Assembly (NCBI GenBank): GCA_050115675.1
Contig: JASFQB010000006.1
Coordinates: forward strand, 34,211-98,210
Direction of reading: 5' to 3'
Length of the DNA: 64,000 nucleotides
From: Candidatus Woesebacteria bacterium
Lineage (GTDB): Bacteria > Patescibacteriota > Saccharimonadia > Saccharimonadales > EFPC-124
This document shows, one piece after another, positions 37,745-47,158 of the stretch. The position numbers and the translations under genes were made by a program. The notes under the pieces are model-generated. The model was not told the DNA's origin, did no database searches, and saw only the letters and a list, made by a program, of their open reading frames with translations. Every line of letters begins with the position of its first letter. Position 1 is the first letter of the stretch.

Positions 37745-38824
37745 CTAAATATTTGACTCTAAATATGCACCAATAAAACCGTCTAGTTTTCCATCTAGCA
37801 CAACAGACGCATCGTGTTCTTCGTATTTAGTGCGATTGTCTTTTACCAAAGTATAAGGATGTAAGACATAATTGCGAATTTGACTTCCCCACTCGGCAGA
37901 TTTTGTTGGGCCTTTTAGCTCATCAATTTTGTCTTTATGCTGTTCTGCTTGCAATTGAGCTAACTTTGAGCGCAAAACTTTTAGAGCGGTCTCTTTGTTT
38001 TGTAATTGCGAGCGCTCGTTTTGGATGCTTACTGTTATGCCAGTTGGTGTATGAGTTACACGAACTGCCGAATCCGTCGTATTTACACTTTGCCCACCAT
38101 GTCCACCCGCCCTGTAAACATCAATTTTTAAGTCTTTGTCGTCGATTTTTAGCTCTTCTGGCTGATTTATCTGAGGAAGAACCTCCACCAACGCAAACGA
38201 AGTCTGACGCAAGTTGTCTGCGTTAAAAGGACTTAATCGCACCAGCCTATGCACGCCATGCTCGCTGCGCAGCTTGCCATATGCAAAAGGTCCGCTTACA
38301 AGCACTGTGGCGCTCTTAATACCTGCCTCTTCGCCCGATGATTGCTCGACCACTTCGCTATTCATACCATGAGCCTCAGACCATCTTAAATACATACGCT
38401 GCAGCATTTCTGTCCAGTCCTGAGCATCAGTACCGCCCGCACCAGCGCTTAGGCGCAAAATTGCATCGTGATCATCGTAAGGGCCATCAAACAATAGGTC
38501 GTGTTTTAAATCTGCAAAACGTTTTTGAGCATCCACAAGCTGATCGTTCAGCTCTGGCAGCAAATCATCATCTTTTTCTTTAATTAGTTCAGAAATATCC
38601 GCTATGTCGCTTTTTAGCGCCAGCCATGGGTCAATTCGCGCACGTAGCTTAGCTTCTTTCTGTGCAATCAACTGGGCTTTTTGATTGTCTTGCCAAAAAT
38701 CTGGCATCTGCATTTGCTGCTGAAGCCTTTGAATTTGAAGCTGAAGCTGTTGGACTTGCAATTTTTCAAATGCAGAATCAATCTGCAAAACAAGTTCTGA
38801 TAGTTTTTGCTGAAGCTGTTGCAT
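37745..38824 (-). CDS. prfB: Peptide chain release factor 2 (uninterrupted ORF, no frameshift site)
   Basis: SPF tripeptide (RLSPFNA) and GGQ (GGHGGQSVN). Confidence 0.9.
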   Translation of the reverse strand: MQQLQQKLSELVLQIDSAFEKLQVQQLQLQIQRLQQQMQMPDFWQDNQKAQLIAQKEAKLRARIDPWLALKSDIADISELIKEKDDDLLPELNDQLVDAQKRFADLKHDLLFDGPYDDHDAILRLSAGAGGTDAQDWTEMLQRMYLRWSEAHGMNSEVVEQSSGEEAGIKSATVLVSGPFAYGKLRSEHGVHRLVRLSPFNADNLRQTSFALVEVLPQINQPEELKIDDKDLKIDVYRAGGHGGQSVNTTDSAVRVTHTPTGITVSIQNERSQLQNKETALKVLRSKLAQLQAEQHKDKIDELKGPTKSAEWGSQIRNYVLHPYTLVKDNRTKYEEHDASVVLDGKLDGFIGAYLESNI

Positions 38825-38833
38825 ATTTATGTA

Positions 38834-38839
38834 ATTATA
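38834..38839 (-). promoter_or_regulatory. -10 box TATAAT, 9 nt upstream of the prfB ATG
   Basis: Minus strand gTTATAAT tacataaat ATG. Confidence 0.5.
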
Positions 38840-38959
38840 ACTTACAACTACACATCTTTACAGAAGACACCAATTAGCATTGACTTTACTGTGGTTTATG
38901 TTACTATTTTAAATGTACGACGCAGTAGCCTGACTTTGGGCTCTTGAAAGGAATGCGCG

Positions 38960-39286
38960 ATGACCTTCTTGCTCGTTATTATCCTTGCAACGCTTGTCTT
39001 GTTGGTTGTGCTATATCTGCGATCAATTAGACGCACTGGTGAAGCAATCGTGGATAGCGTTTCTGCACCAGAAAAGGGGCGAGTTGTTGTAAATTTTGTC
39101 AATAACAGCCAAAGCGACACTGACGCCAGCGATCGATTTTCGCTATCTGTACCTGCAGTTCATGGTCCAATTTTTAGGGCTGCCGTAGGTAAACTGATCC
39201 CCTACGTTGTCTACAGTTTTAGACCCAGAGTTGATAGTCGCCGCCAAGGAGGTGCTAGTCCTATGAGTCATAACGACAACAAGTAG
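38960..39286 (+). CDS. Hypothetical small protein with N-terminal TM
   Basis: MTFLLVIILATLVLLVVLYL anchor; own strong terminator. Confidence 0.5.
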   Translation: MTFLLVIILATLVLLVVLYLRSIRRTGEAIVDSVSAPEKGRVVVNFVNNSQSDTDASDRFSLSVPAVHGPIFRAAVGKLIPYVVYSFRPRVDSRRQGGASPMSHNDNK

Positions 39287-39292
39287 GTCAAT

Positions 39293-39338
39293 GCGCAGCT
39301 TTGCAGTTCCCTCTCTGCAAAGCTGCGCCTACTTTTTT
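39293..39338 (+). terminator. Rho-independent terminator (14-bp stem plus T-run)
   Basis: gcgcagctttgcag (39293-39306) / ctgcaaagctgcgc (39315-39328) then ctactttttt. Confidence 0.75.
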
Positions 39339-39429
39339 ATAAAAGCTAATTAACTGTTTGCAAAAAAAACTTATATGTGTTACTATATTACAGGCCCATA
39401 AACTGGGCGGATAATAGAGGGGGGTTACC

Positions 39430-39735
39430 ATGCTAGTGCCGATCGCTGTTTTGGTGCCATTGGTACTTGGCAATGCCATTTCAGTCATTGCGGCTATTCT
39501 TCCACGACTAAAAAACTGGTATTGCGCCAAGGAGGTCAAGGAAGATAGGATTAATCGCATCTTTACTGGGGGAGATCACGTTATCATTAGCTTTAACAAC
39601 GGAGATAACATTATTGTTCCCTCAGAGCAATTGCCAATTTTTGAGGCAGCTACAGAAGATTCGAAAATTAGATACTGGACCTATGTCAATAGAAGGCGTG
39701 CCGAACTTCGCTTTGGCGGAGTTGGAATCGCTTAA
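39430..39735 (+). CDS. Hypothetical small protein with N-terminal hydrophobic segment
   Basis: ORF only; RBS-like gaggggggttacc upstream. Confidence 0.45.
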   Translation: MLVPIAVLVPLVLGNAISVIAAILPRLKNWYCAKEVKEDRINRIFTGGDHVIISFNNGDNIIVPSEQLPIFEAATEDSKIRYWTYVNRRRAELRFGGVGIA

Positions 39736-39806
39736 CACACAACTGGGGTGCGTAGCGCAACAAGCATTACACACCCCACCCCTCAACATTATTTTTTGAT
39801 ACAGCG

Positions 39807-41102
39807 TTATATTAAGGCTTTAACCGCAGAAATAAACTGGTCGCCCCTGTCTGCATAGCTTTTAAACATATCAAAGCTTGCACAGGCAGGACTTAGAACG
39901 ACCACATCGCCCTCTTTAGCCATTTTGCTTGCAGCCTCAACAATTTGAGTCATTTCTGAACTTTCATCAAATAAAATCACGTTATTAAAATTAGCAGCCT
40001 TTAGCGCATCAGCAACTTTATTGCGCATAGCCCCAATAGATACAACGCCTTTTACATTATGCTGTAGGATTTCGGCCGCAAGCTGATTAAAATCTGCCCC
40101 CTTGTCAGATCCACCCAAAATAAGAACTTTAGGCTGCTTAAAGGCATTAAGGGCAGCAATTACAGATCCGGGAGTGGTTGCAATACTATCGTCGTAATAT
40201 TTTACGCCAGACACTTCTGCCACAAACTTTAAGCGATGTGGCAAGCCTGTAAACGATTGCAAACCGCGCTTAATTGCCTTGACATCCTGCACGTACACCC
40301 ATGCCGCACTAATAGCAGCACAGGCATTTTCTATATTGTGTGGAAACGGCGCGTACAAAACATTGGTTGGACAAATCTGTTGACCATCAATGTAAAAAAT
40401 GTCGTCTTTTACGTATGCCGCTCCAGCTTGAGTGGTATTAAACTTTACAGCATGGTCGTTAAAGTTTGATTGATCAGCAATAAATTTAGCATACTCGTTT
40501 GCAGGGTGGTAAAAACACCAATCATCAGCAGTTTGGTATTTTCTGATATTGGCCTTTGCACCAACGTATTCCTTTATGTCAACATGAACATCCAGATGCT
40601 CTGGCTCAATCATCAAAACAACTGCTACATGTGGGCTTTTATGCAAGTCCCAAAGCTGAAAACTAGAAAGTTCAAAAACTACTACGTCGTCTTTTTTGAT
40701 CTTATCCAACTCGTCCAAAGCTGGCACACCAATGTTGCCAACAAGATGCACTTTTTTGCCAGCCGCAGACAAAATTGATGTTATAAACGAGCAAGTAGTG
40801 CCTTTGCCCTTGCTGCCCGTAACGCCAATAATCGGCGCTGAACACCTGCTAAAAAATTCTTTTGTAACAGAGGTAATTATGCTAGAATTGATTTTGTGCG
40901 GGGTTAAACTTGGTGAACGAACAATTAGATCGTACTGGCTTAGGTCGGCGCTAAATGCATCTTGACCTGCAATAACTTTAACCCCCTCTGGCACATCTGT
41001 TGGCTGCTTTTGATCTAAGATTACAACCTCGTCACCACGTGCCTTAAAATACCTAAGTGCCGATTTGCCCTCTACGCCATAACCTGCAACCGCTATCTTC
41101 AT
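39807..41102 (-). CDS. murD: UDP-N-acetylmuramoylalanine-D-glutamate ligase MurD
   Basis: MKIAVAGYGVEGKS Rossmann N-terminus, GVTGSKGKGTT P-loop, Mur ligase C-terminal domain; ATGA overlap with the upstream M16 gene. Confidence 0.8.
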   Translation of the reverse strand: MKIAVAGYGVEGKSALRYFKARGDEVVILDQKQPTDVPEGVKVIAGQDAFSADLSQYDLIVRSPSLTPHKINSSIITSVTKEFFSRCSAPIIGVTGSKGKGTTCSFITSILSAAGKKVHLVGNIGVPALDELDKIKKDDVVVFELSSFQLWDLHKSPHVAVVLMIEPEHLDVHVDIKEYVGAKANIRKYQTADDWCFYHPANEYAKFIADQSNFNDHAVKFNTTQAGAAYVKDDIFYIDGQQICPTNVLYAPFPHNIENACAAISAAWVYVQDVKAIKRGLQSFTGLPHRLKFVAEVSGVKYYDDSIATTPGSVIAALNAFKQPKVLILGGSDKGADFNQLAAEILQHNVKGVVSIGAMRNKVADALKAANFNNVILFDESSEMTQIVEAASKMAKEGDVVVLSPACASFDMFKSYADRGDQFISAVKALI

Positions 41103-42385
41103 ATAAACAACTCGCTCAACCTGCTGTGCAGCTTTTGTAATTCTTCTTGATCGATTTGACCCAAACCGCCCAAAGCCCATCTTTTGCCATTTACCAAATT
41201 ATTTACCGATGTAACTATTGTTTGTTTGTCGATTGCTTCAATTGCCTTTGGTCTTTTTGCGTAGTCATTTATGTAACCATCAAAAAAATATCTGCCACCA
41301 TACCAGCCAGCGATTGATCCTACAGTTTGACAGCCCATTTGATGTTTGCCAAGTGCAAATTGTTTGGCTGCGTTTAAATCGCTTTGCTTAATGTCACCCT
41401 TAAGAACCTTGCCAACCTCATCAACCATGATATCAACTAGTTTTGGTGCATTTTTTACGCTAACCTGGCCGCCAAAATCCCATTCGCTGGCATTGTGGCC
41501 CACATAAAAATCCGACCACATTCCATAAACTAAGCCCTGTTCGCGAGCACGACCAAGTATTAACGAATGCAGAGTCCCTGTCAAGATATGATCTAGCGCG
41601 TTCATGGCGTCTCTTTCGGTATCGCTAAAACGCCAGTTAGCCTGAACACTTAACCCAAATATTAGGTTTTCTACGTCTTTTCGCGCAATGCGAATTGGCT
41701 CTGGCGAACCCACAAGCTCTTCGTGACTCATTGCAAAACGCTCACCACGCGGCAATTGCCATTTTTCGATGTTTTTAATAATTTGCTCTGGTCGTCCATC
41801 TTTTAAATTTCCAGCGATAACAAAACGCATGTTGTCGCTTGTATGAGTTCGCCCGTAGTGCTCTTTAATATCCTTTAGCTTAACATTTGACATAGCCGCC
41901 AAACGCTCTGCGTCATCCAAAAAGCGCTCACCGCTTCTTTTGGCAATCTGCTGCCAAAGCATTCGGCCGTGTTTGTTTAGGTCGCCCGTTAACTCTTCGT
42001 GCACGTTGCCGTATTCTGCCTTAAATTCGTTTTGCAAAAATAATGGTTTTGTTATGGCAAGCCGTAGTAAATCTAAAATTCTGTCCCATTCAAAATCAGC
42101 ACAATCGGCGTCATATTTTAAACTTACTGTGTCGGTCGAGGCGTTGGAATACGCTCCATTTTTTTCGATCTCAGCGCTAAACTGTCGAGCTTGTGGCAGC
42201 TGCTCGTTTGCACCTAAAACCATATGCTCCATAATATGCGGAGTTTCGTAAATGTTATCGCTTAATGCATACTGGTATCCTGCTCTAAACTCAAAGTCAA
42301 AGCTCATTACAGTTGCATTTGGCACATGTATCAACAGCCCACGACTGCCATTATTTAAAACAACTTCTTCTACGGAATGCTTCAT
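41099..42385 (-). CDS. M16 (pitrilysin/insulinase) family zinc peptidase
   Basis: Inverted zincin motif HIMEH (HxxEH) near the N-terminus. Confidence 0.8.
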   Translation of the reverse strand: MKHSVEEVVLNNGSRGLLIHVPNATVMSFDFEFRAGYQYALSDNIYETPHIMEHMVLGANEQLPQARQFSAEIEKNGAYSNASTDTVSLKYDADCADFEWDRILDLLRLAITKPLFLQNEFKAEYGNVHEELTGDLNKHGRMLWQQIAKRSGERFLDDAERLAAMSNVKLKDIKEHYGRTHTSDNMRFVIAGNLKDGRPEQIIKNIEKWQLPRGERFAMSHEELVGSPEPIRIARKDVENLIFGLSVQANWRFSDTERDAMNALDHILTGTLHSLILGRAREQGLVYGMWSDFYVGHNASEWDFGGQVSVKNAPKLVDIMVDEVGKVLKGDIKQSDLNAAKQFALGKHQMGCQTVGSIAGWYGGRYFFDGYINDYAKRPKAIEAIDKQTIVTSVNNLVNGKRWALGGLGQIDQEELQKLHSRLSELFI

Positions 42386-42474
42386 GTATAAAATCCAGAT
42401 ATTTATTTGTTCTTGTCTTAGTTATTATCATAGCATCAATAATTGCATACAGAGATAAAAACAGCGCATAAAAA

Positions 42475-42504
42475 GTTTGAGTCGCAATTTCATGCGACCC
42501 AAAC
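42475..42504 (-). terminator. secA terminator (12-bp stem, one G-U on the minus strand, T-run)
   Basis: Minus strand gtttgggtcgca tgaaat tgcgactcaaac ttttta. Confidence 0.65.
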
Positions 42505-42526
42505 CAAGTAAGCTCAAAAGGCTTAT

Positions 42527-45127
42527 TTATTTATGCTTTTTGCGGTTTTGGCGTTCGTGCTTTCGTTTTTTACGAAGATCGGTCTTCTTTTTTGATGCAG
42601 CAGAAGCGCCACTAGATTTTTTATCATGAAATTCACGCGTTTCTGGCTGGGCAACTTCATTAACGCCCTGCTCTACGGAGTTTTCGGCGGCACGCGTTAG
42701 TTCAGTATCAAATGCTTCTTCTTGTCTGGCTGTAGGAACAACGTCTTTCATCGTTATATGGAACAATACCCTAACAACTTCTTCGCGCAATGTCGCCATG
42801 AGCTGATCAAACAAGCGTTGAGACTCAGCGCGATACTCTACCAATGGATCTCTTTGGCCAATTGATCGCAAGTTAATTCCCTCGCGCAAGTGCTGCATGT
42901 TTTCTAGATGTTGCATCCACAAAGTATCAAGTATTTGCAAATAAACATCGCGCTCCAGCTTATGAAGAAGCTCTACAGAAAACTCGCTTTGTCGCTTTTT
43001 GTTAAATGCTTCTACCTCTTTTTTGGCAAGCTCGTAGCGATCCTTTTCTTTTGCCTCGGTAATTTTTTTGATGGTTTTTTTGTCAAGCGGAATTATTGTC
43101 TCGAAAGCTTCAGCAATTTGCGGATCTTGCTTTGCAGAAATACGTGTTAAATCCTTTAGCAAATCCTTTACAAGCTTTTTGATCTCGTCGCTAATGTCTT
43201 CACTCATCAAAATTTTTCGGCGAGTACTGTAAACAGACCTTCTGTGACGGTTCATTACGTTGTCATACTGAACAACGTTTTTTCGAGAGTCAAAGTGATA
43301 ACCCTCAACCTTTTTTTGCGCAGATTCAAGAGTTTTGCTTACCGCGCGGTGCTGAATTGGCATGTCTTCGCTTACACCAAGCCTGTTCATCAACGCAGCA
43401 ATTCGATCACCCTGAAAAATTCGCATTAGATCGTCTTCGCAGCTTACATAAAACTGAGTTAATCCTGGGTCACCCTGGCGACCGCCACGGCCACGCAGCT
43501 GGTTGTCAATTCGACGAGCCTCGTGACGCTCAGAGCCAATAACCACCAAGCCACCAAGCTCGCGCACGCCTTCGCCCAAAACAATGTCAGTACCACGACC
43601 AGCAATGTTCGTAGCCAGAGTTACTGCGCCTTTTTGTCCAGCTTTTGCAATAATCATGGCCTCGTGCTCGTTATTTTTAGCGTTTAGAGTCTGGTGAGGC
43701 ACGCCAGCCTTTGTTAAGGCACGATCAAGTTTTTCGTTTTTTTCGATTGATGCACTACCTAGCAGCACAGGCCTACCTTGCTTTTGATGCTCTTTTACAG
43801 AATCAACAATAGCTTTAATTTTGCCTGATTCTGTTTTAAAGATTTTATCTGGTTGGTCATCGCGAATAACTGGCTTGTTAGACGGAATTTGCACAACATC
43901 CAAACCATAAATTTGCTGAAACTCTTCTGCCTCGGTATACGCAGTACCTGTCATGCCCGAAAGCTTACTGTATATTCGGAAGTAGTTTTGAAAGCTGATT
44001 GTCGCCAAAGTCATACTCTCTTGCAAAACCGCAACGCCTTCTTTGGCCTCTATTGCTTGGTGCAAGCCTTCGTTATAGCGGCGCCCATGCATTAAACGAC
44101 CAGTAAACTCATCTACAATAATTACTTCGTTATCTTTAGAAACCACGTAATCTTTGTCTAGTTTAAACAAAGTCTGCGCACGCAGAGCTTGATCCATGTG
44201 ATAAACAAGTTTAACATTATCTGGAGCATACAAGTTACTTACGCCAAGCATTTTTTCAACTTTTTCAACACCAACATCTGTTAGGTTAGCTGTTTTGCGC
44301 TTTTCGTCTAAAACGTAGTCATCTGAAGCAAGCTTTTTAGATATGTTTGCAAAAATATCGTAGTTATTTGCACTGCCACTTGCTGGCGCAGAAATAATAA
44401 GCGGAGTCCTGGCCTCGTCAATCAAAATTGAGTCAACTTCGTCTACTATGGCAAAGTTAAGTTCGCGCTGACGTAATAGATCAACCTCTTTAACCATATT
44501 GTCGCGCAAATAATCAAATCCAAACTCGTTGTTTGTGCCATAAGTTATGTCAGCTGCATATGCCTCTTTACGAGTACACGGGCGCAATTGGCGCATGCGT
44601 GGGTCCTCGTGGCGTTCGTTTTCGAACTTTGGGTCGTAAATAAACGACTTTTCGGCAATAATTACACCGACACTCATACCCAAAAAGCTATACAGCGGTC
44701 CCATCCAGCCAGCGTCGCGCTGGGCAAGATAATCGTTTACCGTAACAACATGCACACCTTTACGTTCGAGTGCGTTTAGATAAACAGGCAAAGTCGCAAC
44801 AAGGGTCTTACCCTCACCGGTCTTCATCTCGGCCACGTTGCCTTCGTGTAAGGCCATGCCTCCAATTAGCTGGACGTCAAAATGCCGCATCTTTAATATG
44901 CGGTCAGAGGCCTCACGAACCAACGCAAAAGCGTCTGGCAGAATGTCGTCTAGCTTTTCTTTTTTACTAATGCGCTCTTGCAAAACAGTTGTCTGTTTTT
45001 TAAGGTCGCTATTGCTTAGTGATTTGTAATGCTCCGCCAGCTTATTTATTGACGCAACGCGTTTTTTAAGACGCTTGACCGTTTTGGCTTGCGGATCTCC
45101 AAATATCTTAGTTAATACTTGTTTCAT
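42527..45127 (-). CDS. secA: Preprotein translocase ATPase SecA
   Basis: MKTGEGKTLVA Walker A, DEVDSILIDEARTPLIIS; start taken at MKQVLTKIFG. Confidence 0.95.
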   Translation of the reverse strand: MKQVLTKIFGDPQAKTVKRLKKRVASINKLAEHYKSLSNSDLKKQTTVLQERISKKEKLDDILPDAFALVREASDRILKMRHFDVQLIGGMALHEGNVAEMKTGEGKTLVATLPVYLNALERKGVHVVTVNDYLAQRDAGWMGPLYSFLGMSVGVIIAEKSFIYDPKFENERHEDPRMRQLRPCTRKEAYAADITYGTNNEFGFDYLRDNMVKEVDLLRQRELNFAIVDEVDSILIDEARTPLIISAPASGSANNYDIFANISKKLASDDYVLDEKRKTANLTDVGVEKVEKMLGVSNLYAPDNVKLVYHMDQALRAQTLFKLDKDYVVSKDNEVIIVDEFTGRLMHGRRYNEGLHQAIEAKEGVAVLQESMTLATISFQNYFRIYSKLSGMTGTAYTEAEEFQQIYGLDVVQIPSNKPVIRDDQPDKIFKTESGKIKAIVDSVKEHQKQGRPVLLGSASIEKNEKLDRALTKAGVPHQTLNAKNNEHEAMIIAKAGQKGAVTLATNIAGRGTDIVLGEGVRELGGLVVIGSERHEARRIDNQLRGRGGRQGDPGLTQFYVSCEDDLMRIFQGDRIAALMNRLGVSEDMPIQHRAVSKTLESAQKKVEGYHFDSRKNVVQYDNVMNRHRRSVYSTRRKILMSEDISDEIKKLVKDLLKDLTRISAKQDPQIAEAFETIIPLDKKTIKKITEAKEKDRYELAKKEVEAFNKKRQSEFSVELLHKLERDVYLQILDTLWMQHLENMQHLREGINLRSIGQRDPLVEYRAESQRLFDQLMATLREEVVRVLFHITMKDVVPTARQEEAFDTELTRAAENSVEQGVNEVAQPETREFHDKKSSGASAASKKKTDLRKKRKHERQNRKKHK

Positions 45128-45188
45128 GATTATCAATTTTACCTTATTACCCAAATTTAGCTGGAACACATCTGGATTTTTAGCTTAG

Positions 45189-45551
45189 TTAGCGCGAAAA
45201 AACTCGCTTAAACCAACCCTGGTGTTGCTCTTTAGCTCTTTGAACATGGGTTGCTTTGTACTTTTTAAGTTGATTTTTTAATTTTGCCTCAACAATATCT
45301 ACTGCGGCAAACATATTTAGGGTCGTTTCTTTGGCGGTCATTGCCTCGCCAGGCAAGTGCAGTATCACTTCGCAGACGTACTTTTCGCCTGCTTGATTAC
45401 TGGTTTCGCGCATTTTAACAGACGCACGAACCATTTTACGAGCCTGTCTGGGCATAAAGCGATCAAGGCGACCAACTTTTTTGTCTATGTATTTTTTCAA
45501 GTCACTGTCTAGTTCAAGGTTAACGCCTGACTTGTCGATCTGAGAAATCAT
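45189..45551 (-). CDS. hpf: Ribosome hibernation promoting factor (short HPF/RaiA family)
   Basis: LKKYIDKKVGRLDRF and IVEAKLKNQLKKYK pattern; 120 aa. Confidence 0.85.
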   Translation of the reverse strand: MISQIDKSGVNLELDSDLKKYIDKKVGRLDRFMPRQARKMVRASVKMRETSNQAGEKYVCEVILHLPGEAMTAKETTLNMFAAVDIVEAKLKNQLKKYKATHVQRAKEQHQGWFKRVFSR

Positions 45552-45617
45552 TCTCTTTTTGACCCCTTTTTAGTTATCTAAACTGGGGATAGCCTCCCAA
45601 CCGATCTGGCTACCCCC

Positions 45618-45626
45618 ATTATAGCA
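45618..45626 (-). promoter_or_regulatory. Extended -10 TGCTATAAT upstream of hpf (about 60-nt structured leader)
   Basis: Minus strand aatTTGCTATAATggggg; followed by an imperfect hairpin gggggtagcc/ggctatcccc. Confidence 0.5.
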
Positions 45627-45630
45627 AATT

Positions 45631-46926
45631 TTATATAGTTTCGCGGCCACTCATGTAATGGCGCAGTACTTGCGGTACAGTTACAGTACCATCATGATTT
45701 TGATAGTTTTCAATTATTGCTATCAAAGGACGCTGAGAAAATACAGTGGCGTCATTAGTGTGAACATACTCAATTTCTCCGTCTGAGCGCCTTACGCGCG
45801 TTTGCAGACGACGAGCTTGGTAGTCAGTCATAAAATCGGCCGTATGAGTCTCTCGATATTTATTTTGGCCAGGAAGCCAAACATCAATATCTACTCCCCT
45901 GGCATTTGGCTTGCCAATATCAGCGGTGCACTTCATTATAACTCTGTATGGAAGCTCGAGTTGCTGCATTAAGTATTCTTGTATAGCAACCATAAATTTA
46001 TGCTCTTCTAAAGATGATTGCGAAGTAGCTAGGCTTTCCATCTCCATTTTGTCAAACTGATGAAGCCTAAAAATACCTTCCATATCTTTGCCGTAACTTC
46101 CGGCCTCGCGACGAAACGAGGTGGCATACCCCAAGTATCGCAATGGCAATTCGGATTCGTCAAAAATTTCGTCTAGATGCATGCTGCCCAAAACATGTTC
46201 AGCGCTACCTTGCAGCCATTGGTCTTCGCCCTCTATTTTATAGCGATCGTCACGCGGCTCAAGGCGATCCATTGCATCATAAACCTCTGTCCTAATCATT
46301 AACGGAGGCAAAACTGGCACAAATGGCTTGCTACTAACACTAAGGTTGTTGTTAGCAATAATTTGTTTAATTACATCAGGATTTGTTAAACGAGTCATGG
46401 CAAATGTAAATAAGGCCCACTGGAGTTTAACTAAATCACCCTTTATGTAAGCAAACCTTGCACCAGCAACTTTTGCTGCGCGCTTTTTATCTATCCAGTC
46501 GCGCGCCTCGGCAATTTGCCAGTGGTTTTTTGGTTCAAAATCAAACTTTTTGGGGGTTCCCCATTCTTTTGAGACAACGTTTTCGTCTTCGGACGCGCCA
46601 ACTGGAACTTCGTCGAGTGGCATATTTGGCACTTGTTTTAAGGCGTCAAGATAGGCCTTTTCGGCACCACGTAGGCTTTCTTCAAGATCAGCCAGCTCGG
46701 TCTTTAGAGCCTTTCCACGCTCAATTTGTTGAGGATCTGGTCTACCCTGCTTAAGACTAGCTGCCAGCTCGTTTCGCTCGCGACGCAGATCCTCTATTTT
46801 TTGCAAAAAACTTCGCCTTTTGTCGTCTAGCTTTAGCAGCTTTTGCACATCAACAGCGTAGCCTTTTTGCTGCGCCGCCTGCTGCACGCGATCGGCATTT
46901 TCTCGCACATATCTAATATCTAACAT
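45631..46926 (-). CDS. serS: Serine-tRNA ligase
   Basis: MLDIRYVREN N-terminal coiled-coil arm; class II core motifs (FRREAGS). Confidence 0.95.
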   Translation of the reverse strand: MLDIRYVRENADRVQQAAQQKGYAVDVQKLLKLDDKRRSFLQKIEDLRRERNELAASLKQGRPDPQQIERGKALKTELADLEESLRGAEKAYLDALKQVPNMPLDEVPVGASEDENVVSKEWGTPKKFDFEPKNHWQIAEARDWIDKKRAAKVAGARFAYIKGDLVKLQWALFTFAMTRLTNPDVIKQIIANNNLSVSSKPFVPVLPPLMIRTEVYDAMDRLEPRDDRYKIEGEDQWLQGSAEHVLGSMHLDEIFDESELPLRYLGYATSFRREAGSYGKDMEGIFRLHQFDKMEMESLATSQSSLEEHKFMVAIQEYLMQQLELPYRVIMKCTADIGKPNARGVDIDVWLPGQNKYRETHTADFMTDYQARRLQTRVRRSDGEIEYVHTNDATVFSQRPLIAIIENYQNHDGTVTVPQVLRHYMSGRETI

Positions 46927-46933
46927 ACTTGTT

Positions 46934-46939
46934 ATTATA
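46934..46939 (-). promoter_or_regulatory. -10 box TATAAT, 7 nt upstream of the serS ATG (leaderless architecture)
   Basis: Minus strand gaTATAAT aacaagt ATG; no SD. Confidence 0.55.
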
Positions 46940-46977
46940 TCCCATTTAAGGTGTTAATACTCTAAATTTAAACTAGT

Positions 46978-47007
46978 AAAAAGTTAAGAAGTTGGCGCAA
47001 GCCAACT
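46978..47007 (-). terminator. Terminator copy 1 with conserved tail (stem 46990-47007, tail CTTCTTAACTTTTT)
   Basis: Plus strand AAAAAGTTAAGAAG (46978-46991) abutting agttggc gcaa gccaact. Confidence 0.55.
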
Positions 47008-47101
47008 CGAACAAACCAAAGCCAAAAGCCAAGCTAACACAGTTACATGTCGAACCTTAAGAGATATCACCATAATTCTATGAAAGTATATCACAGAGCT
47101 T

Positions 47102-47143
47102 AAAAAGTTAAGAAGAGCACGGTCAAAAAATACAACCGTGCTC
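47102..47143 (-). terminator. Terminator copy 2 with conserved tail (9-bp stem 47115-47143)
   Basis: Plus strand AAAAAGTTAAGAAG (47102-47115) abutting gagcacggt ... accgtgctc; 16 nt after the stop of ORF 47159-47599. Confidence 0.7.
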
Positions 47144-47158
47144 AAAATCACCGTCAAA

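Noticed and set aside
37745-38824. Programmed +1 frameshift site in prfB
   Set aside because: The RF2 ORF is continuous from its ATG (359 aa) and contains the SPF and GGQ motifs. There is no in-frame TGA near codon 26, so autoregulatory frameshifting is absent here.
46926-47080. Leader-peptide attenuator for serS (the micro-ORF ends in Ser codons that overlap the terminator stem)
   Set aside because: serS has its own TATAAT box 7 nt upstream of its ATG, downstream of the hairpin. The hairpin also belongs to a three-copy terminator family. An attenuation model is unnecessary and mechanistically weak.
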